DNA from: Veleropilina oligotropha
Taxonomy: Eukaryota
Assembly (NCBI GenBank): GCA_048128005.1
Contig: JBEUKZ010000010.1
Coordinates: 558,001 to 622,000 of the forward strand
Length of the DNA stretch: 64,000 bases
Direction of reading: 5' to 3'
Of the stretch, positions 23,749-34,901 are shown piece by piece. How positions within the stretch are numbered: the stretch's first letter is position 1; the number at the start of each line of letters is the position of its first letter. The notes below the pieces were generated by a model. That model searched no databases, was not told the origin of the DNA, and saw nothing but the letters and a program-made list of their open reading frames with translations. The translations under genes and the position numbers were made by a program.

Positions 23749-25383
23749 AGCTAAATACACGGGAGGGTGGACGTGGGTAGACGGGGTAGATAAATAGGTA
23801 TATATATGGTAGTTGAGACTTCTTTCCTTGGAGGGAGTACTACGACAACTCACAGAATTGTCCTGATCTGAAGATTAGAGATCAAGCGATATACCGTTAT
23901 TAAAAACCCCGAACTGGGAACACCGAGGTCGGGTATTTTACCCGACCGACCCGGTAACCCGGCAAATTGACTAAAACAAAGGGAGGTTATTTCCTCGAAA
24001 AAACCGCCCAGAAAAACACCTGAAAACCTCGTGGATGTTTTATGTTAGTACAATGGCGTATTATCCCAGCCACGGCAGGATATCAGAAAATTAACGCAAG
24101 CTTAATATCAAAAGATCCTGCCTTTTAACAACGCTAGAAAATTTTATATAATAATAACCAGCAAATAGCGTTGTTAAGGAATTATCCAATATAATGAGTT
24201 ACCTGTTTTGCAGTCTCAAACAATATCAGATAATTATACAGACCAGAAATTTTAGCTACCACTCGAAATTTTCCCTCTAAGCGGCCTCTTTAACGGCCAC
24301 TGGCGTCCTTGACGACGATGTCTGTTTCCTTTGATGTCCAGAACTTCCTCGAAGTTTGAGAATCACTCTTCTTATATTCACATGTGTTTTAGATCCACAA
24401 CACAGGGTTATATTCCACTACTTATATACTATATAAGCAGAAACTGCGCCCTGATTTAACGTGAAATCGGGCGCCTATATCGAAATATTTGCGGAGCAAA
24501 ACAACGTCTTTCCGCGACAGCGGAAAACTTTGAATTGATGTCATGTGACTTCTATTGTTCAGAAGTCTCACGAGACTTGGCGAAGTCTCGCTAGGGAACG
24601 TGGGGGGCAGGAGCAGGGGAGGTAACCGTGTGCTTTTTTGGCTTATAACGGTGCTTTATGGGACATATTCACCATTTCCGGTTTGGGCGATAATATGCTA
24701 TTATGGCAAGAGTAAGGACGTAAGTATGTTTGTAACTATATATCAGTGAAGTCTCCTCAAAACTGGAATTTCCTCGACTTGTGCAAACATGTAATTTATA
24801 ATGGTGGTATGAAGAGCATGGTGCATCAGAAATCGACACACATTGAAATTCGCCTCACACCAGCATCTACATTATACGCAGTCCGAGTCCTAATGATTGA
24901 TTTGGTTCGATCAATGCTTCATCATGTCCCATTTTAACACCATACAGGGTCAAACCTCGACATGGCCATACTATCGCGGGAGGAAAGATTGGTGTCCCAC
25001 ATTTATAAATCCTCCCCCACCGACCAGCTAGCAGGACAACTGTAACAAAGTGGTGAAAATGGTTCCAAAAAGGTTAGTAAAAAACACGAATTTGCACTCT
25101 CAGGATGCAGGATAGGGAGTTTCAAACCCTTAATCATCAAATTTTTTCTCTGTGTTGGGGGGGCGGGCCCCACATTTCATAGTATATCAATAACATAGTT
25201 CGACCTCCCTTTCAAATTCCTGGCTATGCCCATGGTGAACTGAACATGTGCCAAACCAAGTGGTTTAATCCACACCCGTTAGACAGAGCAGTGAAGTGAG
25301 TGAATCGAGAGCCCACGTTTTAATCCACTCGACCACGGGTGCAGTCCTGTGTACAAATGATCAGTCAGAATGAATGCGGCGGG

Positions 25384-27167
25384 CAGGGTTAGCACTGGCT
25401 TCTGATTCAAATTCGCCAAGTGATTCGCCAATGCCATTTCAAATTCGCCAATGCCATTTCAAATTCGCCAATAGCAACTCGTATTCGCCAGCTTTATTGA
25501 AATCATTGCGTTGCATTTGTTTCAGTTGTCTGTGTATGTAGTGATGTATGTATAGGTGTTGAAGAATGGAAATAACATGTAGTGTTTATATCTATATATA
25601 TTTCTTACATTTCTGTTGATTTTAATCAATCAATAAAAGTTGAAAATGTGAAATGATGATTAACGACCATATATCAACAATTATTTTGGAAAAAATTAAA
25701 TATTGACTTATGAACAGAATTAATTCCGATATATATGTATGCAGTGTACAGTGAATACCATGACAGACTATATATATGGTTCATGAAAAATGCTCCGACC
25801 AATTTCAACTTTGGAATTGAACCAGTGATCTCTGCCTTGTGGTCTTGCTGCTTTTAAACACCATCAGCCATCAATGCCCCATGTGATGTCCGAAAATGAG
25901 AAGTTTAGTTTACTTCAGCCAGCATAATTTCAATGAACAATTTATCTTCTCAAGAAATCATTATGAAACACAACTCGCCATGACATAAAACAACGTTAAC
26001 TGTAACTCCTTTGTTAAAACGTTTAACTTGCATGTATTTATTTTACGATAATAGTTTCGGAAGTCTAACTATTGTTCGACTGTTCAATATCGAATTGCAG
26101 TTTACTAAAGTTTGCGACAGAAAAAAGTAATTACGAATTCAATACATGCGTCCTTGTAATTTTCGCACATGGAATTGGGATAGCCCGATAAATCTGCCCC
26201 TAATTACAAGCTCGAAATCCTGACGGTCGCGTGTATAGGCGACCGTCAGGATTTCGAGCTTGTAATTAGGGTCAGATTTATCGAGCTAGGATTGGGATAG
26301 TGTGCACACCAAACCGGCTATGACATTGCCACAATGGATTTTTATGCTATAATATACGGTTTATTAAGCGATAATTATCCAATACCTACGTGATATCGAT
26401 ATCCGACATTAAAACATCAAAATACGGCTTTTATTAGAAGAAAAATTGTAAATGACGTTCAAATAATTCAGCTTTCTGCTCGGTTGGACGCCATTAAAAT
26501 TGATAAAAGTACCCGGATGTACCTTATCGATGAGTATCGCATTTTTTCGATTTGAGTAAGAAATGTTAAAAGTTGGTATATTATTTTGTATTCTGAAGTT
26601 AAAGTTATCATTTTGTTAAAATAATTAGATATATACTTTCGAAATAAATATTAACTAGGATGCATTAACAAAATCCACTTTGGTTCACGGTTATAATAAC
26701 TTTATTTAATTCGCTGTTCCGTTTACGGTGGCCGCCTGCAGAGACAAAAACTTTTAACTGAACAGAATTGAATGTTTATACAAATAAAGAACTTGTGGAC
26801 GTGTTCATGACTTCAATTAGTGCACTGTTCCCATATTGAGTAATTAAGCTACTAGCCACTCGGCCAAGCGACGTACTGATTAAACAATGAATGTCGCAAT
26901 AGACAAATAAGCGTTCATGCGCCAGTGTTGTTTCGCGATTGTTGACTATTTTCTGAAAGGGATTAGCTGAAACAGCATTGCTAATTGATAAGCTGCAAGG
27001 TAATTAAACCAATCAATTAAAGGGATTATGTAACAACAATAATTTGGGTGGTAAATATTTTATTAAAAATGACATTCGCCAGCAAATTCGCAAATCGGAT
27101 TTTACATTCGCCAATCGTACTTCAAATTCGCAATTTGCGACGCTGGCGCATGGCAGCGCTAACCCTG
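25384..27167. mobile_element. hAT-like non-autonomous DNA transposon
   Basis: Ends CAGGGTTAGCACTG ... CAGCGCTAACCCTG; repeated subterminal motif AAATTCGCCA near both ends; no clean TSD seen. Confidence 0.65.
26181..26288. mobile_element. 108-bp palindromic MITE with TAG...CTA ends (Academ-like, tentative)
   Basis: Near-perfect ~50-bp arms with a short loop; flanks GAATTGGGA / GGATTGGGA (8 of 9 identical). Confidence 0.6.
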
Positions 27168-27620
27168 AATGCCAATTATAAAGAAGTTATAATAGTGTCA
27201 GTCAACTTCACTTTAAATTATAAGGCATAAAATAATATACATAGAAACCATATTTGAAAGTTCAAAATTATTTACCAGTTGTGTTTTGCCTCAAACGCTA
27301 GAAAACCACAGTGCCCCTCAAGGTTTACAACTCATTTGTTTTAGATAACAATTTACTTCAAGTTTTGAGATGTCGAGTTGAAATGGGTGACAAAAACGAA
27401 GTGCTAGATTCAACTCTATGTCCCAGAGGTAAGTGATTTTCTATCTTATATCCATCTTTGGGTCCAGGGATGATATATCTCCATAACTCTTCTGTTGTTG
27501 TCTACTTCAAGTCTTGGAGCACCGTGCATGGGAAGCCGAGTATCAGATATCATAAGGATGGAGATGATGAGAGGACAGCACTGCAACAATCATGCTCGAT
27601 CATCAGTGTGCTGTGTCTTC

Positions 27621-28007
27621 CTTACGCCAAATAAAATTAATTGTGTGTTTCCGGTAACCCTACCTTCCCTAATATTTTAGGCCAGTTCCCAACAATTTTA
27701 TTGGCATTTGTCATTTTTTTGCGATCCTAATTTTTCATGCACCAGCCTTATCGCTGATCTGTTTTTTCGTACACCAAACTTAATATCTCTCGCCATCTCA
27801 GGGTACCACAACGGGAGATAACTCTAGTGACTATATGTACATTAAAATGAAAATGTATATTGTATATAATGGGCATAATGTTCGTTTTATATCAATTAGA
27901 TAGATTTAAAATAATAATAATAATTTTCAAAATAAAGTTTTTTTCCTACCTACCCTATTTTTTTCAGTCTCGTTACCGGAAACATAATTAATTTTATTTG
28001 GCCTTAG
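27621..28007. mobile_element. MITE with ~35-bp TIRs
   Basis: GCCAAATAAAATTAATTGTGTGTTTCCGGTAAC ... GTTACCGGAAACATAATTAATTTTATTTGGCC. Confidence 0.7.
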
Positions 28008-28189
28008 CATCCCAAATTAATTAAAAAAATAACATTAATTCTATTCAAAGCATTGAACTGAAAGTTAAGTCAAGAAGTATTTAAAAGCTATGTCATCATA
28101 CGAGAAAATATCTATGATTATCTGCAAATACACCCTTTCCTAAAATAAATTTACTACTACCAACAAATGACATATTGTCCACCTAAGCA

Positions 28190-28633
28190 CTTTTTATTAT
28201 GTCTTGACCTTTTTGTAAAAAAGGACAAGACATTATCAAATGGTCCGTGTGTATATACATATATATATACATATATATATATCCGTCGATTTGTTTGAAA
28301 ACTACCAGGTCAATTTTCACCAAAATTGGTACACGCATTCCCAAGAGTATTTGTAGGTCGTGTATATAACTTTCGCGACACAATTTTGCAAAAATATGCA
28401 TTTATTGAGCACTTTAATCCATATTCGTATGTAACTGATGTCTAATATTGCAAGCAAATAGCAATGACGTCATTATGACGTCGCTTTAGATTAATCGTCA
28501 TTTGGTGACGTCATCATCGACGGGGTAGTAATTTAAGCCATGAAGTACTTGCACTTAGCCATTGTATTAACTTATGAAAATTTGAGGGAAATAAAGAAAG
28601 GTCAAGACATATTTCGAACGCGTCGTTCTTGTT
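28190..28633 (-). mobile_element. Helentron-like (HINE) non-autonomous element
   Basis: T-run, then hairpin TGTCTTGACCTTTTT...AAAAAGGACAAGACA, microsatellite, distal inverted copy GGTCAAGACAT and terminal CTTGTT. Confidence 0.55.
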
Positions 28634-29513
28634 ATTGTATGATCTCAGAATTCACAGTTTTTGCACAAAGTGACGTAACTGCTCTGTGGATCTTTTGTTT
28701 AACAAATTTATATACAGTTCTGCATTTACTTTCCTGGATACGAGGTGTCTAACATACATGTATATATGCATGAGAAATTCACTGACATAAAATGAAATAT
28801 GAGTATTATGACACCGTCATGTTCATTGGAGGATCCAAATCAACGAAAATGATTTCATTTGTCGATATTCAACCCAATGTTTTAGAAAAATTTACGGAAA
28901 TTCATAGAAACAAACTTGGTGCGAGGCATTGATTGATGGTTGGCTCGAATATTGACCAATGAAATCATTCGTTGAAATGTCAAATTCTGGGGGAGGTGTT
29001 TCCCGACAACGCAAGAGTCCCATTTAATTAGTAGTTATTTACAAGAGAGACTTAGTAGTTGTTTGCAAGAGGTACCGTAGGTAAATTATTTTTTTAATAT
29101 ATTGTTTGTTGAAGAACCTAGTTATCAATACGTGTGAGCGCTGAGTTTTAAATAAGCGTAATTTGTAATTTATTCGTCATGCTATCAAGTCGAATGCAGC
29201 ACTCGCTGTCGTGAGTTACCTCCCTTGTCTATATTATATAGCAACAGAAAACTGCACTATCCGTAATCATCAATCATATGACACACGATTAATAAAGCCG
29301 CGATCCAGTGCGATAGAAAATGTAATATGTGTGGTAGAAAGTTTGTAGGAAACTTAGAGTGATGCGAGACAAGCAACGTTGAGCTGCGCTCACAGAGTGC
29401 TTTCTTGTTTCATTACTTCTATAACATCAAATCTAAATCGCTTTAATAAATCGGCGCATTTATCTACTTCCAAATTCAAATCGATTATGGCAAATCTCCT
29501 CCATTGCCTCCAG

Positions 29514-29966
29514 CAGGTTGGGGTGAAGTCACTTTTTGGGATATATATCCCGATCAGGATATATATCTCAATCGGGATATAAAATATATCCCGATCGGGA
29601 TATCAAATTTTAAAAAACATTCTTTGCAGTCAAACTACAAAAATCTAGCAAATGTAAGTATATGAGAGGCTATATAAGTATATAATGCTATGAAATTGCG
29701 CCTCGATGGGTGTTAATTTCACAGCTAAAAATCGACGAAATCTGTCGATTTTCCGCCGTTAAATTCAGGACCAGTGAGGCTCAATTTGATAGCATTATTT
29801 ACTAATATCGCCTCTCATATACTTACGTTTGCTAGATTTTTGTTACTTGACTGAAAAAAACGATTTTCAAAATTTGATATCCCGATCGGGATATATTTTA
29901 TATCCCGATTGAGATATATATCCCGATCGGGATATATATCCCGAAAAGTGACTTCTCCCCAACCTG
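29514..29966. mobile_element. 453-bp palindromic foldback MITE, CAG...CTG ends, 5-bp TSD TCCAG
   Basis: Arms are reverse-complementary over nearly the whole length; TCCAG at 29509-29513 and 29967-29971. Confidence 0.85.
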
Positions 29967-30843
29967 TCCAGGGGAGATTTGGTCGATTTGGATTTACGCT
30001 TCAACACGGCGTCGTTTTATCCGACCGTCGATCGTGAATATTGTGAAGCAATATATGCGGTCCTAGAATATTCAGCAACTGTCCAAATGATGTTTGGTTC
30101 ATACAACATCGCGATCGCACTCGTCACGTATATATCATGAAAAGTATTTTCTACATAATCTTATATTCTCAGCCTTTTGCGAGGTCTACAGTATTTCCCC
30201 AGGTCAGATTGCAAAAACATTTCGCCTCCCTATTTTTATTATGAATTTCATGACTAGATAGCTCGAGGAATATCATACTTAAAATCTCTTTTCGACAGTC
30301 GTTCTCAGTAGCCATTTTGACTAGGGTGCAAATCTAAATAAGCGCATTTATCTACGTATGAACAAATCGCCAAAAGCGATTTTGCGTCATAGTAAATCTA
30401 AATCTAAATTTGAGATGTCGATAAATACGCCTTAAATCTAAATTAAAATCGATTCGAGATGTCGATAAATACGCCTATGCTATAGTTATTCAATATTGGT
30501 GAAGATAAAACACCTCCTACCTTATGCATTTTGGCCAGTCTTCATTGCATTGTTATTGCAAGGCACTTCTAAAGGTTTTAAGAATGAGAATGGATCTTTC
30601 AGACTTTCGTCTGCACAAACTTCAAAACCCGGAAATTGATAACACTAATAACAGGAACGATTTTATTTTTGTGGACGATAAATCGCCAAATAGATACGCC
30701 TGTTCCTACTATGTTTTTATATTTCAATTAATTTTTGTAAGGAATGTCAGTTTGATAAATATTATTCCAGAGTAAATATATAAACTTTGCAATTATAAAA
30801 TTAACCAATAAAATCCGAACGAATATTCTGCGCGTCAAACGAA

Positions 30844-30886
30844 ATGGCGTCGACTATCGTGTTGAAAAATAAAAAGGCCAGACGTG
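30844..30886 (+). CDS. EMC6: EMC6 coding exon 1 (MASTIVLKNKKARR, phase 1)
   Basis: GAAATGGCG start context; donor G|GTAATT; the phase-1 G joins the AG of exon 2 to give ...ARR-E-PIAYSE, resembling the basic EMC6 N-terminus; gives a 115-aa protein. Confidence 0.7.
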
Positions 30887-32627
30887 GTAATTAATTTAAT
30901 TTTAGATATGTTCTCTGATCCTAATTTATTGTTAAGCGACATTTGGACAACTATATGACTGTGTTACTTAAAAACACACGTGTTTTTGTTTATATTGTAT
31001 GTTTAACTTCAATTTCTAGGTAAACATTATAGCTAGTAATACAAGGGAGGTAATTCTTCTTCTTTTAACTCTTTGGCAGATGAATTATATATGGAAAAAC
31101 CGTAGGATTATGTTATGACGTTTGTAGATGCATTATATATGAAATATTCCTGCTTGCAACCCACACAACCTATATACTAAATGAAAGATAATTGAATGAT
31201 CTACAATGTAATGTGATGTCATGGCATGATCTCATGGGGGGTGGGGGGGGGGGGGGTGCATGCATAAATGTGTTGCTGCCTGTATGTGTGCACAAACAAT
31301 AATATGACTAATTTAGAAGTTATAATTATTATTGCTTTGACGGGAAAATGTCACACTGGATAACACAATGCATTTCCATAGCCATGACGTCACGCAAAAG
31401 TGGACAAGTGCACCAATGCAAAAACAGCTATATCAGTGGCCAATCAAATGTTACATGCAATTAGCAGTTCACAATTACTAAATATTTATTTTATATTATA
31501 TACTGGAAGAAAATAAAATCTATCTATCTATAAACAACATCGACACGATACTAGTATCAGCTGTTCTGACATTGGATGTAGGTGAGGGGGCGTGGCTACA
31601 AGGCCCTGTCCTTCCATTGGACCAAGAGTCTGTCATATGTAGTTACAAACATACTTACGTCCTTACTCTTGCCATAATAGTAATATTATCGCTAACCGGA
31701 AACAGTGAATAAGTCACATTATGCACTCTTTATAAGTCAAAACGTACCACGATTACCTCCCCTGCTCCCGCTCTCCTAAGTTCCCCCAGCGAGATCTCGC
31801 CAAGTCTTGCGAGACATCCGAACCATCGAAGTCACAAGACCTCAATTCAAAGTTTTCCGCCGAGACGGAAAGACGTGTTTTTTGCTCCGCAATTATTTCG
31901 ATGTCTACGATTTATATGTTATAAATCGGGGACGCTATATAACTCATATTACCAAGGATTACACCCTGAGGATAATATAAGTTGTGGATTACACTGTGTT
32001 GTGGATATTAAGCACTAGTGAATACGGAAGATTGGGATTTGAAGACTTCAAGAAGTTCTGAAAATCAGTGAAACCGACATCGCCGCTGTTGCAGGGAAAA
32101 GCATGGCCGCTCAGAGGGGAAGTTTCGTGTAATAGAAGAAATTCTGGTCGGTATTTTATCTGATATTGTTTGAGACTGCAAACAGGTAACTCATTATATT
32201 GGATAATTCCTTAACGACGCTATTGCTGGTTATTATTGTATAAAAATTCTAGCGTTGTTAAAAGGCAGGATCGTTTTGATATCACGCTTGCGTTTTTCTG
32301 ATATCCTGCCGTTTCTGGGATAATACGCCATTGTACTAACATAAAAACATCCACGAGGTTTTTCAGGTGTTTTTCTGGGCGTTTTTTTCGAAGAAAGAAC
32401 CCCCGTTTGTTCTAGTCAATTTGCCGGGTTACCGGGTCGTGTCGGGTAAATACCCGACCTCGGTGTTCCCAGTTCGGGGTTTTTTGCGTTTTTGCGGTAT
32501 ATTGCTTGATCTTTGATCTTCAGATCAGGGCAATTCTGAGAGTTGTCGTAGTAAAAGTCACAACTACCATATATATACCTATTTACCTACCCCGTTTACC
32601 CACTACCACCCTCCCGTGTATTTAGCT

Positions 32628-34858
32628 ATGGTCCGGTGCAGTAGCTCCGGGTGTAACCAGAAAATTCACGGATTTGATAAGCACAAGGAATGTCGTATTC
32701 ACCGTAACTGTAGTCTTAAACATCAGTGTGATCTGTGCTTTCTTTTATCAGATAAGCAGTGGGCGGTTCTATCCCACCAGGGTAAGTCGACCAGGGCGAC
32801 TGCCACGGTGGGTCCTCCCCCGGAGAAGGGTCAGGAAGAGACTGGTAAGTTAGGGGCTAATGTTTCTTCTTTGTCTGCTTCAGGGACGCTGGACGACAGC
32901 CGACATAAGGGGACGTCTGTCGCCGGATCCACCGGCGAAACCTCCGCGACTCTTGGGGGAGTCACCGAAACCTTGCCGGGACCCCAGATTCAGGTAACGG
33001 CCCGAGTGCCGACCGTTCCTCCTCAACTGGGCTTAGTAGCTGCAGCCAACCATACCTTGCCGGCTAGCAAGGTATATCTGGCAGCGCAGAGAACAGCTGA
33101 ACAGGGCAGACAATCCCCATCCTTTTCTTCGGCCTCGAAGAATAAGGGGACAGTTAGTCCTTCTGCGGGAAACTCTCCGTCTTGCGACGGGGACAGACTC
33201 AATGCAGAGAAAGCCTTTAAAGAGGCCGGGCACCTATTTGTAGGTCTAAGACTCGGACAATCGGCGACACCTGAATCCTCGATCGGGACCGACGCGACTT
33301 CCCCTAGGGGTTTTCCGCTCAACCTCGAAGCTCACGAGACATTCAGAGGGCCCGTTCTTTCCCGTGCACCCACGATGGTCACGCTAGAGAACGTGGACAG
33401 ACCGGCTGCGTTCGGGACGGGGTTCTACGGCGGTTTTCCGACCGTGCCTCGACCGAGCAGAGTGGTAGACCGATCGGAACTGTTGCCGCAGTTCTATCGG
33501 TCGTCCGGCCCACTGACTGCGCCTTCGGGCCAGTCCTTCGGGTTCGACCCCTCGACAAGTGCCCTTGGACCCTGGTCCTCGGTACCACCTGTCTATGCAG
33601 CCCGTCTACCTAGCGCCACGGTTTCCTCGACTGAACTACCGGCTGTTAGTTCGACGCCCGTCCTGCCTCCGGGTTTCTCTTTTGAGAACGTCCAGGCATG
33701 GATCGCGGCGGGGATCGAGGAACGGTGTAAGGCCTGGCCGACGGCTCCCCAGCCGCGCCTGGTACCTACACATCTGCCCATGGCGCAGAGCACGGCTCCT
33801 GCCTCAGTGATGGAGATCGACCCTCGTTCCGACGAGGACCTCGGTTCCAATCACACCGACCTCCCTGAATCGGTCGGGCCCGAAGACGTTAGTCTTTCAG
33901 GCACGCAGGAGCCGACCTCCTCCACCCGCCGAAGGCTCGACGCCGTTGCGTCACTTCGCGGGGTGCTTGGCTTGTCGGAACCGACTCGGTCGGCTGTAGA
34001 CGTAGTCAAACACAGGATGGCAGCACATCGGTTTGTTGCGAGGGAAGCCCCCGAGCTCCCCTCCTTACCTCAGTCCGGGCTGGTTGATCTGGTGGTCGAC
34101 TCTATAACCAAGCTCGTACAGGGGCGCAATCCGGTGGAGTCCTCCCCGCTGACCGAGTTCCCTTCGGGGTTCCGTAGTGGGAGGTACCTCCGTGCCAGTT
34201 CGCGAACGATCCCGTTCGCATGCACTGGTCCGTGCCTGGCGACTGAGCCGGCTCATGTAGACGCTTCGTTGCGTCGACTGACCGCCAGTCACACTCCCTC
34301 CGTAGCGAAAGTTCCTTGGTAGCTTTCGAGAGCGCCGCCCGACGGGCTCTACGGCTATCGTCTGTTCAGGACTTTTTCTTGGACGGCGCGATAGCCGTAC
34401 TACAGGAGAATGGACCCGGCGCCCCCGAGGCTGCCCTGTCCTTCCTCCAGGAGGTTGCTGCCGCACAGGAGACCAGCGCGTTGGAGACGGGACGTGTCCT
34501 GGGCAATGCACTCCTACTTCGTAGGGATGCTTGCCTGGAAGGCACCTCGCTAGACGAGGCCACCCGGCGCTCGTTGCGATGCGTGCCTTGCTCGGCCACC
34601 ACTCTCTTTGGTGACAACTTTTCGGAGTTCGTTGACAAGAGAGCGGTGGACATGAAGGACCGTGCCATCGAGAAGGCGGTACTGCACCCCGTTCGGGGTC
34701 CACCTGCTGACTCGAGGAAGCGCTCGGGGCCCGGGCCTTCTAAGCGTGCGAAGCCCTCTTCGGGTGGTAGGCCTCCGGCCAATAAACCCACTCCAAAGAG
34801 GCATGCACCTCCAGCGAAATCCCGTAAGCAGAGCGGGAGAGGGAAGCCTCGGCCCTAG
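32628..34858 (+). pseudogene. DIRS copy 2 gag, frameshifted
   Basis: Relative to copy 1, CCGCCTTGGA (10 bp) is deleted at ~34320 between CCTTGG repeats, splitting gag into ORFs 32616-34322 and 34316-34858. Confidence 0.9.
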
Positions 34859-34901
34859 GGCTGCCGGCATTCGCGACGGTCTCAGTTGCCCGCTTCCGCC
34901 G

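Larger units (their letters stand above)
17299..24743 (-). mobile_element. DIRS1-like tyrosine-recombinase retrotransposon, copy 1 (apparently intact)
   Basis: Inverted terminal repeats 17299-17537 / 24526-24743, internal complementary region 17596-17686, and gag, RT-RH-MT and YR ORFs in DIRS order; no TSD. Confidence 0.96.

Noticed and set aside
27383..27435. ATG-led mini-exon MGDKNEVLDSTLCPR with GTAAGT donor
   Set aside because: No homology recognised and no downstream exon could be assigned.
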